Shown here: positions 48,105-57,485 of the stretch, piece after piece
Layout: every line of letters begins with the position of its first letter
Numbering within the stretch: position 1 is the stretch's first letter
Origin: a phage
DNA length: 64,000 nucleotides
Sequence record: PZ496580.1
Reading direction: 5' to 3' (one strand)
Position numbers and translations under genes: made by a program
Notes under the pieces: generated by a model
Database searches by the model: none
What the model saw: only the letters and a program-made list of their open reading frames with translations
Told to the model about the DNA's origin: nothing

Positions 48105-49274
48105 TTACCAATCAATCTTATCAGCCGGAATCAGTTTCTTATAATTCCGTAGATAGTAAGTTTTCATTGAAGCCAGAATACGGTCATAATCAAGACCATC
48201 AAATGCAATCATCAGACACATGAAAATATATGCTTGTGCATCACCATGTTTACGTGATTCGATAGTCGCATTGGATGCATATGTCTTTCTGTCTTCTCCC
48301 GCGTGCGCGTTATAAAATTCTGTTGCTGTCGTAAAGGCATTGCGAAGAATGGACCTGAATGCTTCCTCGAATAGCTCGATTCGTTCCAGTGCTTCCGGTT
48401 CGCCTTCATATGCAGCACGCAAATCATCGGTTTCACTTTCTACGACATAGTAGATCAGGTTATTAGGAAACATCGATGTGTTTTTAATGTTATGCACACC
48501 AATATACCATTCACTCTTCACCTTGAACATTTGACCGTCTTTAGTGCGTGCAACAATTCCTTCGATACCTTCTGCGGTCCGAACTTCATCAAGAATATTG
48601 CTAAACCGCGCTGAATCAACCTGTAACGCGTTTACCAGATGAGGACGTAGGATTGCATCGGCGAATAGCATTTGATGCGGTACATACTCTCCTGTGACGT
48701 TATGGCGTACATTCAGAAGTGTTAGCGACGGTTCAGAATATTCTACAACAATTCGGTTGCTGGGTGCTGTATATTCAAAGTTGAAAGTATAATCAGATCC
48801 AATATCGGCGATCTTAGCGCGTAGATCCGCATACTTCTCGGAATACAGAAGACCGTTTGCTCTCTCTGCCTGGCTTGAGTACAAGGCCGCTTTAGACTTC
48901 AACTGAACATAGCCGTTATCAATGTATGTGCTTACTAGACTACCGTCCATTTTGTCCATGACCATTTCCACATCTTCCGGCTTAAAGCGAGCGCGATCAT
49001 TCTCACCTAAATTAAAAAACTTCTCCATAGGACGAGATGCAATGCGGACAGGTCGGTCTTTATCATCGATTTCAAACATGATCCCTCGACACTCTAACGC
49101 GTCTGGTTTATTCCACATTTCCGGTTTGCTCAAGTACAGATAACTAAAAATGCGCATACGGGTTTGCATCGCCGTAATTTCATCTTTGTAATAGAACGTA
49201 TCAGATCCGTTACATAGTGCCATCAGATTTTTGAACAATGCTAAAACTTTTTTGTTGTTTTCTTTTGTTGACAT
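48105..49274 (-). CDS. rnlA: RNA ligase 1 (RnlA, gene 63)
   Basis: PDALECRGIMFE ... VRIASRPMEKFFNL matches T4 Rnl1. Confidence 0.85.
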   Translation of the reverse strand: MSTKENNKKVLALFKNLMALCNGSDTFYYKDEITAMQTRMRIFSYLYLSKPEMWNKPDALECRGIMFEIDDKDRPVRIASRPMEKFFNLGENDRARFKPEDVEMVMDKMDGSLVSTYIDNGYVQLKSKAALYSSQAERANGLLYSEKYADLRAKIADIGSDYTFNFEYTAPSNRIVVEYSEPSLTLLNVRHNVTGEYVPHQMLFADAILRPHLVNALQVDSARFSNILDEVRTAEGIEGIVARTKDGQMFKVKSEWYIGVHNIKNTSMFPNNLIYYVVESETDDLRAAYEGEPEALERIELFEEAFRSILRNAFTTATEFYNAHAGEDRKTYASNATIESRKHGDAQAYIFMCLMIAFDGLDYDRILASMKTYYLRNYKKLIPADKIDW

Positions 49275-49671
49275 AATTTGTGTTCCATTCTGGTTTAAAT
49301 TTGGTGATCAAAACAGGTTCTTCGATATCGGCAGTGCTTATAATATCCTTACCCGTTGGATTCTCGATGTACAACTCAAAGCACTGGCGGTAATAGAATG
49401 TTACTGTCTTACCTTCCTCTAGCGCCTTATGAATATTCTTACTCTTGCGAGTATCCGCCGTTGGTGTTTGTCTGTTAATGCTAGTCCGGTAATAATTGAT
49501 CCGCTTTCTGAGATTAACAGTCTGACCAATGTATACCAGTTCATCATCAACCGCAATAGCGTAAAGAACATTTAAACGGTTCTTCTGAGGCGGTAGAATC
49601 ACATCACCATCTTTACACTCTAAACATGAATATTTAACGAATCCATAGTTTTCTATTAGCTCATTAATCAT
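49210..49671 (-). CDS. denA: GIY-YIG endonuclease (DenA / endonuclease II-like)
   Basis: VLYAIAVDDELVYIGQT ... RKRINYYRT GIY-YIG motif; position between nrdB and rnlA as T4 denA. Confidence 0.7.
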   Translation of the reverse strand: MINELIENYGFVKYSCLECKDGDVILPPQKNRLNVLYAIAVDDELVYIGQTVNLRKRINYYRTSINRQTPTADTRKSKNIHKALEEGKTVTFYYRQCFELYIENPTGKDIISTADIEEPVLITKFKPEWNTNYVNKRKQQKSFSIVQKSDGTM

Positions 49672-49689
49672 TATCCTTTCCTCACGTCA

Positions 49690-49718
49690 CAACAAAGGCG
49701 GGATTTCTCCCGCCCGCC
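49690..49718 (-). terminator. Terminator after ORF 49722-50120
   Basis: Hairpin GGCGGGCGGGAGAAATCCCGCC followed by TTTGTTGT. Confidence 0.5.
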
Positions 49719-49721
49719 TTA

Positions 49722-50120
49722 TTAACTTTCCAGAATATCTCGAGCTTCGTTACGCTCCTTGATGATTTTCAGGACAAATTCCAGTTTTTCTTTGTTCAGT
49801 GTTCCGTTTTCCATTGCTTCTTTGACGGTAAACACTCCGCCACCTTGCCCGTATACAGTGACAGTGATTTCACCTAACATCGTGGTATGAAAACCGCCAA
49901 TTTTCGGTGATTCGAAAGAAACAATTACCTCGCGGACAGTATTACCGTCGTTGATTTCTGAGAGGGTAATGTCGTTTTTGTAGGCGGTTGCTTTAACCAT
50001 ACGGATCAGCATAGTCTGATCTGGGGAGATGGTCATTTTGTCCATTGCATGTTGCAATGCAGCGTAACCGAAAACTTTAACGAAGTCCAGAACGTCTTTG
50101 CGAGTTTGAAATTTAATCAT
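49722..50120 (-). CDS. Hypothetical protein (132 aa)
   Basis: ORF behind promoter cassette 50162-50190. Confidence 0.5.
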   Translation of the reverse strand: MIKFQTRKDVLDFVKVFGYAALQHAMDKMTISPDQTMLIRMVKATAYKNDITLSEINDGNTVREVIVSFESPKIGGFHTTMLGEITVTVYGQGGGVFTVKEAMENGTLNKEKLEFVLKIIKERNEARDILES

Positions 50121-50161
50121 CTTGATACTCCTTAGTAAGTGTGTTTCGTTTCGATGGGGGT

Positions 50162-50190
50162 ATATTACTACCCCCGTTTCATGCTGTCAA
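50162..50190 (-). promoter_or_regulatory. Early promoter cassette (variant, -10 TAATAT)
   Basis: TTGACA-N17-TAATAT with GGGGGTAGTAATATACCCCC palindrome. Confidence 0.55.
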
Positions 50191-50409
50191 CTACTTTTTA
50201 ATGACAAGTTCGAATTTTGCTACCTTACGTCCTCGTTTATTGAAAGCAACCCACGGACGGTTTTCAATGTAGAACAATTCTTCACCAATAATGAATACTG
50301 GCTGATTGTAAAGGCGACCCATCAGGTCACGCTGGCGAATGGTAGTAGATTCGTATACTTCGCCTACTACAAAGTGTTTGCTGATAGAGTCGGTGCAGAT
50401 AAATTTCAT
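50191..50409 (-). CDS. Hypothetical protein (72 aa)
   Basis: ORF behind promoter cassette 50443-50471. Confidence 0.45.
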   Translation of the reverse strand: MKFICTDSISKHFVVGEVYESTTIRQRDLMGRLYNQPVFIIGEELFYIENRPWVAFNKRGRKVAKFELVIKK

Positions 50410-50442
50410 TTTGATTCTCCTTTGTTTCGTTTCGATGGGAGT

Positions 50443-50471
50443 ATCTTACTACCCCCGTTATTCAGTGTCAA
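50443..50471 (-). promoter_or_regulatory. Early promoter cassette (variant, -10 TAAGAT)
   Basis: TTGACA-N17-TAAGAT with palindrome across the -10. Confidence 0.5.
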
Positions 50472-50478
50472 CTACTTT

Positions 50479-50697
50479 TTACTTGTTGTATTCATTCCAC
50501 CATTGGGTTAACTTATCAATTATTTTTGTGTTTCTATCCAACTTATCCCACCGTTTTCGAGGGTTTATCAACCGGAATAGGTAAGGTGTACTTGTTAAGT
50601 GAACTCGGTCAATATAGTGATTGATGTACTGCTTTTCGATTCTAAGTTTCATCTTTTTACGATGAAAATATGCAATGACTTGTTCTTCTGTTTCCAT
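50479..50697 (-). CDS. Hypothetical basic protein (72 aa)
   Basis: ORF behind promoter cassette 50722-50750. Confidence 0.45.
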   Translation of the reverse strand: METEEQVIAYFHRKKMKLRIEKQYINHYIDRVHLTSTPYLFRLINPRKRWDKLDRNTKIIDKLTQWWNEYNK

Positions 50698-50721
50698 ATG
50701 TTCCTCCGTTTCGATGTGCGT

Positions 50722-50750
50722 ATTATGCTATGGCAAGATCCGATTGTCAA
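50722..50750 (-). promoter_or_regulatory. Early promoter cassette (variant, -10 CATAAT)
   Basis: TTGACA-N17-CATAAT. Confidence 0.55.
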
Positions 50751-50761
50751 CACCCAATAAC

Positions 50762-50786
50762 AAAAAAGTCGCCACTATGGGCGACT
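50762..50786 (-). terminator. Terminator after the HAD-like gene
   Basis: Hairpin GTCGCCCATAGTGGCGAC followed by TTTTTTG. Confidence 0.55.
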
Positions 50787-50797
50787 TTGAACAAACA

Positions 50798-51274
50798 TTA
50801 ATCATGACCGTGATTTGCAATATCCGCTCGCGTCTTATCTTTGTGATTTCCTACGTCAAAGACACGATAACCATTTTCACGCAAAACTTTAATCACTTCT
50901 GGGTTATCCTCAAAGACTCCCACCACTTCATCTTTATCAAAGGATTTAATTACCTCTAATTTGATGTGATAGTCTTTACGAGAATCGGTACGGCCTCTCA
51001 TAAAGATTTTATCAAAACACACCCCGTTAGAAATTAACCAATCAATTGTTTCCATGTAAGCATGTGAACTTCGTCCGGTGAGGATGTAAATCAAATGCCC
51101 GTTGTCGGAAAGAGCATTAATAACACGAATTACATCGTAAATGGGGGAATCTCCCCCACATGCCTTGTTATATTCGATCCATGACTCGACTTTATCAAGA
51201 TTTTCGGTTGGCATCTTTGCTAGTCGATGTGTTGGATCTGTGATCGTAAAATCTAAATCGACAAAATATATCAT
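50798..51274 (-). CDS. HAD-superfamily phosphatase-like protein
   Basis: DLDFT (DxDxT motif I), ILTGR (motif II), FEDNP (motif IV); ATGA coupling to nrdB. Confidence 0.55.
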   Translation of the reverse strand: MIYFVDLDFTITDPTHRLAKMPTENLDKVESWIEYNKACGGDSPIYDVIRVINALSDNGHLIYILTGRSSHAYMETIDWLISNGVCFDKIFMRGRTDSRKDYHIKLEVIKSFDKDEVVGVFEDNPEVIKVLRENGYRVFDVGNHKDKTRADIANHGHD

Positions 51275-52431
51275 AGATATTTCCCGAATCGGTTGTAGTC
51301 ATCGTCTGTTAAATCGGTATTAACCTGAGATACCAGATACATGATCTCTACTTCTTGCGCCGCGTTTTGAACTTCGTCAGAGTTTAACCACTTACGCATC
51401 CACGGTAAAGGATGACGACGAACACTAAACGGGCTTTTCAGTCCGGCAGCACGCATACGGGAATCTGCCAAATATTCTACATAGGTTTTCAGAATTTCCG
51501 GTGATAGGTTAGGAATTGCCCCCATTGCGAATAGGTGGTCTACCCATTCTTTTTCTTGCTCGACAACATCCAGAAAGATTTTCGTTGCTTCGTCTTCAAG
51601 TTCTTCCGCAATCTGTTTCCACTCATCACCATCAGCCCCCGTTTGCCATTGACGAATAATGTATTGTGTGCCTTTTAAGTGAAGTTGTTCATCACGCGCA
51701 ATAAATTTCATGATCTTCGCGTTACCTTCCAGTAAACCACGTTCGGCAAAGCTGAAAGTACATGCAAAGGACACATAAAAACGGATTGCTTCCAGTGCAT
51801 TAACGCAGTGTGCACACAGATAAATCGAAGCCATCAGATCTCGTTTTGTATCTTCAAAAAATCTTCTTGCATCATCTAATGCTGTCTGGTCGTCTCGTTC
51901 TTCCCAATAGCGGAGATCTTCTTTTGCATTCTCATACTTACGAATCCAATAGAGAACATCATCATAATATTGCCCGATAGATTCCGCTCGCTTCATGATA
52001 GCAGGGTTATCGATGATCTGGTCAAACTCACTAGCCGGATCAATGAAACAGTTACGCATGATGTGTGTATAGCTTCGGCTATGAATCGTTTCGCTGAATG
52101 TCCATGTTTGCAACCATGTATCAAGAGTTGGATCAGATACAATTGGACCAAATGCTGCGGACGGTGCGCGACCTTGAATAGAATCAAGTAATGTCTGATA
52201 CTTCAAGTTTTCTGTAAAGAAACGTTTTTCAACATCGCCCATATTCAGATATTGAATGCGGTCGGTTGCAAGTGAAATCTCTTCTGGACGCCAGAAAAAT
52301 GACAATTGCTTTTCGATCAGTTCTTCAAATACTTGATGACGCTGAATATCATAGCGAGCGATACCCAACCCACTACCCAGAAACATCGGTTCGTTCATAA
52401 TATCAACATGTTCGCGGTTAAATACGCTCAT
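51271..52431 (-). CDS. nrdB: Ribonucleotide reductase beta subunit (NrdB)
   Basis: 386 aa; similarity to class Ia R2; uninterrupted. Confidence 0.9.
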   Translation of the reverse strand: MSVFNREHVDIMNEPMFLGSGLGIARYDIQRHQVFEELIEKQLSFFWRPEEISLATDRIQYLNMGDVEKRFFTENLKYQTLLDSIQGRAPSAAFGPIVSDPTLDTWLQTWTFSETIHSRSYTHIMRNCFIDPASEFDQIIDNPAIMKRAESIGQYYDDVLYWIRKYENAKEDLRYWEERDDQTALDDARRFFEDTKRDLMASIYLCAHCVNALEAIRFYVSFACTFSFAERGLLEGNAKIMKFIARDEQLHLKGTQYIIRQWQTGADGDEWKQIAEELEDEATKIFLDVVEQEKEWVDHLFAMGAIPNLSPEILKTYVEYLADSRMRAAGLKSPFSVRRHPLPWMRKWLNSDEVQNAAQEVEIMYLVSQVNTDLTDDDYNRFGKYL

Positions 52432-52446
52432 TAATTCACCTCACTA

Positions 52447-52614
52447 TCACTTTTTAACACAAAAGAACTTAGTATTTCTGTTTATTTCGTTATCCTGTTG
52501 CAATTCCTGCACGGCTTCAAAACAACTTTGATGTGATGAAAACTCCACGCTGGTAACAGTTCCTTTATTATATGATCCTACGCTAACGGAAAGCAATAAC
52601 CATATTGTAGCCAT
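52447..52614 (-). CDS. Small hydrophobic-N-terminus protein (55 aa), tandem paralog
   Basis: MATIWLLLSVSVGSYNKG...; TAATG coupling. Confidence 0.4.
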   Translation of the reverse strand: MATIWLLLSVSVGSYNKGTVTSVEFSSHQSCFEAVQELQQDNEINRNTKFFCVKK

Positions 52615-52787
52615 TAGTTCACCTTCTGCTTTTCAATGCAATACAGATTCATAAAGCGTTTATTGTCTTCGCGGATAATCTCGCGAGCTTTAACGCAATC
52701 CTGCTTTGTTGCAAATTCAATGCTTGACATATTTCCGTAATTATACATTGAATTGCTTATTGCAATCAATAACCATACAGTAGCCAT
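52614..52787 (-). CDS. Small hydrophobic-N-terminus protein (57 aa), tandem paralog
   Basis: MATVWLLIAISNSMYNYG...; TAATG coupling. Confidence 0.4.
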   Translation of the reverse strand: MATVWLLIAISNSMYNYGNMSSIEFATKQDCVKAREIIREDNKRFMNLYCIEKQKVN

Positions 52788-52954
52788 TATCCGACAACCT
52801 CAAAACATTTATCATCAGGAAGAATAGCCCATTCTACGCCGTATTCATCCTCAACGTAGTAGCAAGTCCCATCATGTCGAGCATCATATACATCACCGAC
52901 AACAAAGCTATCAGCTAGTTCAAAATCTACAGCAACACATTTTAATTTGGTCAT
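52787..52954 (-). CDS. Hypothetical protein (55 aa)
   Basis: MTKLKCVAVDF...; SD GAGGAT; first gene behind promoter cassette 52986-53015. Confidence 0.4.
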   Translation of the reverse strand: MTKLKCVAVDFELADSFVVGDVYDARHDGTCYYVEDEYGVEWAILPDDKCFEVVG

Positions 52955-52985
52955 AATAAAATCCTCACTTGTTTTTGATGGTTGA

Positions 52986-53015
52986 ATTATAGCGGGGATT
53001 TCTCCCCGCGTCAAC
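52986..53015 (-). promoter_or_regulatory. Early promoter cassette between nrdA and nrdB
   Basis: GTTGAC-GCGGGGAGAAATCCCCGC-TATAAT. Confidence 0.6.
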
Positions 53016-53022
53016 ACTTATT

Positions 53023-55266
53023 TTACAGTTTACAAGATGAACATTCACTAGAGTCTTCCGTACCATCAGCACCATCACGCACGTTAGCGTAATACAGTGT
53101 CTTGAGGCCGTAATATTGAGCAAACAACATATCATCTAATACATCAGCAATATCGACTTTACCAGTCTTATAAGTGCTTGGATCATAGGATGTGTTGGAA
53201 CTAATCGCCTGATCTACAAACTTCTGCATGATCGCTGCCAGTGTCAGATAAGGCTTGTTACCTTTCTTGATCAGTGTCCAAAGCAGGTCAATAACATCAG
53301 CATTATTCTCTACGTTCGGAATAACCTGATTAAATTGCCCTTCTTTCGATCCTTTAACCGATACAATCCCGCGAGGCGGTTCAATACCGTTTGTGCTGTT
53401 AGATACCTGAGAAGACGACTCACAAGGCATCAGAGCCGAAAGCGTACTGTTACGAATGCCATATTTTTTCAGGTCTTCGCGCAGTTCCTCCCAATCCATC
53501 TCATACACCGGATCAACCAGTTCATCTACTGTCTTTTTGTACCAGTCGATAGGAAGTTCACCGCGACCATAACGTGTTTCGTGCATCAGTTCGCAAGCAC
53601 CCTTCTCTTTAGCCAGTTGCACACTAGCCTTAATCAGAGCATATTGCAAGCGTTCAAACGTTTTATGCGTAAACTCGTTAGCGTCTTCATATGTGAAGAA
53701 ATTATCCGCGAGATACGATGCAAAGTTAGTCACACCAACACCCAGAGATCGACGTTTTTTGGCTGTCAGAGCTTGTTCTACAGGATAATCCTGGTAATCT
53801 AACAAGTTGTCAAGTGCACGCACCATAACCATAGCAATGCGTTCTACTTCTTCCATATTTTCGATATCGAAATTACCTAAAACATATGCTGCCAAAGTAC
53901 ATAGGCTGATCTCTGAATCATCACGACCCATCGGTTTAGTAGGCAGTGCAATTTCACAACACAGGTTAGATTGTTTAATCGGTGCTACATTACGAATAAA
54001 CGCCCCGTGATTGTTCATGTTGTCTGTGAACGCTGGATAGATTCGACCAGTGTTAAAACGTTCAATTGCCACCGCTAAAAACAGGTCTTCGGCTTTAACA
54101 CGAGTTTTACGAACACTCGGATCTTTTTCCAGTTTTTCGTAAAGCTGGCGGAAACCTTCCTCATCTCGGAAGTACAGATCCCACAACAAGCCACCTGCAA
54201 CATCTGGACTAAACAGAGTAATGTAATCCCGTTTAAGGAATCGCTCTACCATCAGGTTATTAATCTGTACGCCGTAATCAAGATGGCGAATGCGGTTATC
54301 TTCTACCCCTTTGTTGTTCTTCAACACAATAAGACTTTCAAACTCTAAATGCCACATTGGGTAATAGAGAGTCGCCGCCCCGCCACGAATACCGCCTTGT
54401 GAGCATGACTTAACGGCAGTCTGAAAATGTTTCCAGAATGGGATAACGCCAGTATGACGAACTTCACCATGCCCGATCTTAGATCCTTCCGCGCGAATCA
54501 TGCCAGCGTTGATACCGATGCCAGCACGCTTACTAATATACTTGATGATTGCATTTGCTGTTTCGTTGATGCCCTGCAATGAGTCATCAGATTCGATCAC
54601 CACACACGAACTAAATTGGCGTGTTGGAGTACGCACACCAGCCATAATCGGAGTAGGAAGAGAAATTTGCTTATTAGCAACAGCATTATAAAAATCAATC
54701 ACATGTTCAAGTCGATTTTCTGTCTCTTCTTGATGTAAACACATACCGATCAGCATATACGCAAATTGCGGTGTTTCGATGATTTTCTTAGTGCTGCGAT
54801 CCTGAACAAGATATTTCTCTTTTAATTGCATCGCACCAGCATAGGTCATTTTAAAATCAAGTTTATGATCGATGAATTTCTCCAGATATTCCACTTCTTC
54901 ACGGGAATACTTTTGCAGAATTTCACGATCATATTTTCCGGTTGCAATATTACGCTCAATGTGGCTATAAAAATCAATAGGTTGGAATTGACCGTATACT
55001 GATTTACGAAGCGCGAACATTGCAAGGTTACTTGCTACATATTGATAATCTGGTGTTTCTACAGTAATGTTATCTGCTGCGACCTTAATCAATACTTTCT
55101 GGATATCATTGGTAGACATACCTTCTGTCAGAAGTGGTTCAACCATATCAAACAATTCATATGGATCAACGTTATGACCTTCGGCTGCCGCTTCCAGAAT
55201 TTTCATTACTTTTTCTTTTTCAAACGGAACAGTCAGACCGGAAGACTTAACAACATTTTTAATCAT
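53023..55266 (-). CDS. nrdA: Ribonucleotide reductase alpha subunit (NrdA)
   Basis: 747 aa; C-terminal CSSCKL; class Ia R1 similarity. Confidence 0.95.
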   Translation of the reverse strand: MIKNVVKSSGLTVPFEKEKVMKILEAAAEGHNVDPYELFDMVEPLLTEGMSTNDIQKVLIKVAADNITVETPDYQYVASNLAMFALRKSVYGQFQPIDFYSHIERNIATGKYDREILQKYSREEVEYLEKFIDHKLDFKMTYAGAMQLKEKYLVQDRSTKKIIETPQFAYMLIGMCLHQEETENRLEHVIDFYNAVANKQISLPTPIMAGVRTPTRQFSSCVVIESDDSLQGINETANAIIKYISKRAGIGINAGMIRAEGSKIGHGEVRHTGVIPFWKHFQTAVKSCSQGGIRGGAATLYYPMWHLEFESLIVLKNNKGVEDNRIRHLDYGVQINNLMVERFLKRDYITLFSPDVAGGLLWDLYFRDEEGFRQLYEKLEKDPSVRKTRVKAEDLFLAVAIERFNTGRIYPAFTDNMNNHGAFIRNVAPIKQSNLCCEIALPTKPMGRDDSEISLCTLAAYVLGNFDIENMEEVERIAMVMVRALDNLLDYQDYPVEQALTAKKRRSLGVGVTNFASYLADNFFTYEDANEFTHKTFERLQYALIKASVQLAKEKGACELMHETRYGRGELPIDWYKKTVDELVDPVYEMDWEELREDLKKYGIRNSTLSALMPCESSSQVSNSTNGIEPPRGIVSVKGSKEGQFNQVIPNVENNADVIDLLWTLIKKGNKPYLTLAAIMQKFVDQAISSNTSYDPSTYKTGKVDIADVLDDMLFAQYYGLKTLYYANVRDGADGTEDSSECSSCKL

Positions 55267-55334
55267 ATTACCTCACTTCATATTTTAGCAGGAACAAGTT
55301 TATCCTCCATAACGGGGGCTTTCGCCCCCTTTGT

Positions 55335-56567
55335 TTATACTGCCATTTGAGCGGTGATTGCTGGATGGCTTTGATAGTTGTGAATTTTAAAGTCTTTCGG
55401 AGTCTTTGTCAATACCTCATCTAAAGATTTAAATTCCGGCAACTCGATTGTTGGTTTATCAAACGGAACACGGCTTAACTGTTCCATAACTTGATCAAAA
55501 TGGTTTTTGTAAATGTGAGTATCTCCACCAGAGAAAATCAGTTCTCCTACCTCAAGATCACACATTTTCGCTATGATGTGAGTTAACAGCGCATAGCTGG
55601 CAACATTAAAGGGCAAGCCCAAAAAGCTGTCTACGCTTCGCTGAAACCACATACAAGACAGTTTACCTTCATTGACATAGAATTGTACGAACGGATGACA
55701 TACACCCAATACAGCATTATGTGTTCCTTGTACGTTCCATGAGTCAATGATGATACGTCGATCCGTTGGATTGTTTTTAATTTGTTCAATCACGTTTTGT
55801 AACTGGTCTTCCCAAATCTTCGGGCGATAGACATATTCTTCATCGTCTTTAGTGCTCGATGTGTCTACGTCCATACTAGCAAAGATCGTGGTATCTGGCG
55901 CTAAAATATCCCCGCCCAGATAATCACTATCAAGCAGATAACCGAAATAACCATCATCTACCCATTCCTGGAATCCCCACAAGCAATATGCATCATTAAC
56001 AAAATTAGATTGAGTCTTCCAGTGGTCTGCTACTAAGAATAGATTATATTCAGAATCAAACTCTTCATAACGCATACCACGCCAGATAGCACATAAACGG
56101 TCTTCTGTTTCATTGGTTGGCGTAAAGTCTTCTACCCACGGGTGCTTAAATGTATGTGTATATTTGCTCTTAACGCGCTTAATTTTGATTTCACCGTGTG
56201 GATGAATCGGTTTGCGTCGCCACGCCATACCATACATATTGCCGACATTATAACCATTGAATCGCAAAGGATTCTTTTCTTTCATATCAAGACAGTTGCC
56301 GCGCCAAATGTCGAAGGCTTCTTCGTCAAACTGACCGCGTGTAATTTCCTGTAAGCGACGGCGGTCAAGTGATCCCTCCATAAACCATAGCAACTCGCCA
56401 ATTACAGAGGCTGTAGCCATCTTTTTAGTGGTCAGTAATGGGAAACCCTTGTTTAAATCGATTCGCATCTCTGCGCCGAATTTAGAGAGCGTACCTACCC
56501 CCGTGCGGTCTTCACGAGGCCAGCCATTATCAAGAACATCACGCAACAGTTTCAAATATTCTTTCAT
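55335..56567 (-). CDS. td: Thymidylate synthase with large small-domain insertion
   Basis: Catalytic VLGVCHPFVQFYV, dUMP-specific FLGLPFNVASY, C-terminal PAITAQMAV; about 135 extra residues between YGMAWRR and DQLQNVIEQ; ORF continuous. Confidence 0.85.
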   Translation of the reverse strand: MKEYLKLLRDVLDNGWPREDRTGVGTLSKFGAEMRIDLNKGFPLLTTKKMATASVIGELLWFMEGSLDRRRLQEITRGQFDEEAFDIWRGNCLDMKEKNPLRFNGYNVGNMYGMAWRRKPIHPHGEIKIKRVKSKYTHTFKHPWVEDFTPTNETEDRLCAIWRGMRYEEFDSEYNLFLVADHWKTQSNFVNDAYCLWGFQEWVDDGYFGYLLDSDYLGGDILAPDTTIFASMDVDTSSTKDDEEYVYRPKIWEDQLQNVIEQIKNNPTDRRIIIDSWNVQGTHNAVLGVCHPFVQFYVNEGKLSCMWFQRSVDSFLGLPFNVASYALLTHIIAKMCDLEVGELIFSGGDTHIYKNHFDQVMEQLSRVPFDKPTIELPEFKSLDEVLTKTPKDFKIHNYQSHPAITAQMAV

Positions 56568-56808
56568 CCCACATCACCTTTTTCTTGTTGATTGCTTTCT
56601 TACGCAGTTTTGCTACTGTCTCGTCAATATTGATAAAGACAACGCCCGGATCGAATACAGTAACAGGTCTTGAAATATCGCTATTTTCCTGTACTGGAAG
56701 CCATGATGCTTTAGCTTCATCATAGAGATATTGTAAACCGTAATAATCTACGGCTACTGCGTAGTTTTCACTGGTAGCTGACCATAATTGAATAATGGTT
56801 ATTTTCAT
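56539..56808 (-). CDS. Hypothetical protein (89 aa)
   Basis: ORF between frd and td; start at MKITII. Confidence 0.4.
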   Translation of the reverse strand: MKITIIQLWSATSENYAVAVDYYGLQYLYDEAKASWLPVQENSDISRPVTVFDPGVVFINIDETVAKLRKKAINKKKVMWDERIFETVA

Positions 56809-56901
56809 TATTGTTCCCGTCCACAATGTAAACACCGACTACCAGCAAACATCAAAGATTCACCACAATGTTTGCACTCATAATCTGTCAGAATTTTCAT
56901 G

Positions 56902-57471
56902 TTACGCCTTCTTACGTTCCAAAATTTGCTCACTGATCAGGTAATCATCAAGGAAGTAATTATGTTCTTCTTTTGTTGCAAAGTCAAAATATAATTCCTG
57001 AATCATTTCCTTAGAGATACCAACATCATATTCGAACGGATCGTTGATTCCTGAACGTTGAACATACGTTAACACAATACGGTCCGCAAAGTCAACCGCT
57101 TTTTCAATCAGGGAAGGTCCGCCGATAACACTTACCAAACCTTGCGTTTTCTCTAGGGCTTTTAACAGATCCTTCAATTCAATTCCAGTGTACACATCTG
57201 GTTGGTCGCCGTTTTTTGTTTTCGGTTCTGGCTTGCTGGTATCGGTACTAACAACCACATTCAAACGTCCCCAAAGTGCTTTAGGCAGACTTTCAAAGGT
57301 ATTACGTCCCATTACTACCGCAGCAAAATCAACCTCGCCAATAGTGCGAATTTTAAAGTTTTCCATATCCTTTTTGATTGGACGACCCCACGGTAAACCG
57401 CCTTTAAAACCAAACGCCCAATTTTCATCTGACATTTTAGTGTCACCAATCGCAAATACACATTGAATCAT
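56902..57471 (-). CDS. frd: Dihydrofolate reductase
   Basis: FGFKGGLPWGRP ... VIGGPSL motifs; similarity to T4 Frd. Confidence 0.85.
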   Translation of the reverse strand: MIQCVFAIGDTKMSDENWAFGFKGGLPWGRPIKKDMENFKIRTIGEVDFAAVVMGRNTFESLPKALWGRLNVVVSTDTSKPEPKTKNGDQPDVYTGIELKDLLKALEKTQGLVSVIGGPSLIEKAVDFADRIVLTYVQRSGINDPFEYDVGISKEMIQELYFDFATKEEHNYFLDDYLISEQILERKKA

Positions 57472-57485
57472 AATATAATCTCCTA

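Noticed and set aside
55296-55325. Hairpin GGGGGCTTTCGCCCCC between td and nrdA as a terminator
   Set aside because: The T-run follows the stem only on the plus strand, where there is no upstream gene; on the coding (minus) strand no U-tract follows, so it is not called a terminator; it may be an RNA structure within a polycistronic transcript.
55335-56567. Intein or group I intron in td, by analogy with T4
   Set aside because: The ORF is continuous, so there is no intron at DNA level; the extra 135 aa lack intein hallmarks (no N-terminal Cys/Ser and C-terminal His-Asn plus Cys/Ser/Thr junction) and sit in the region where some thymidylate synthases carry small-domain insertions.
56808-56900. 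30-codon Cys-x-x-Cys mini-ORF between frd and the 89 aa ORF
   Set aside because: Has two CxxC pairs suggestive of a zinc ribbon but is only 30 codons with no clear Shine-Dalgarno sequence; too short to support without expression data.
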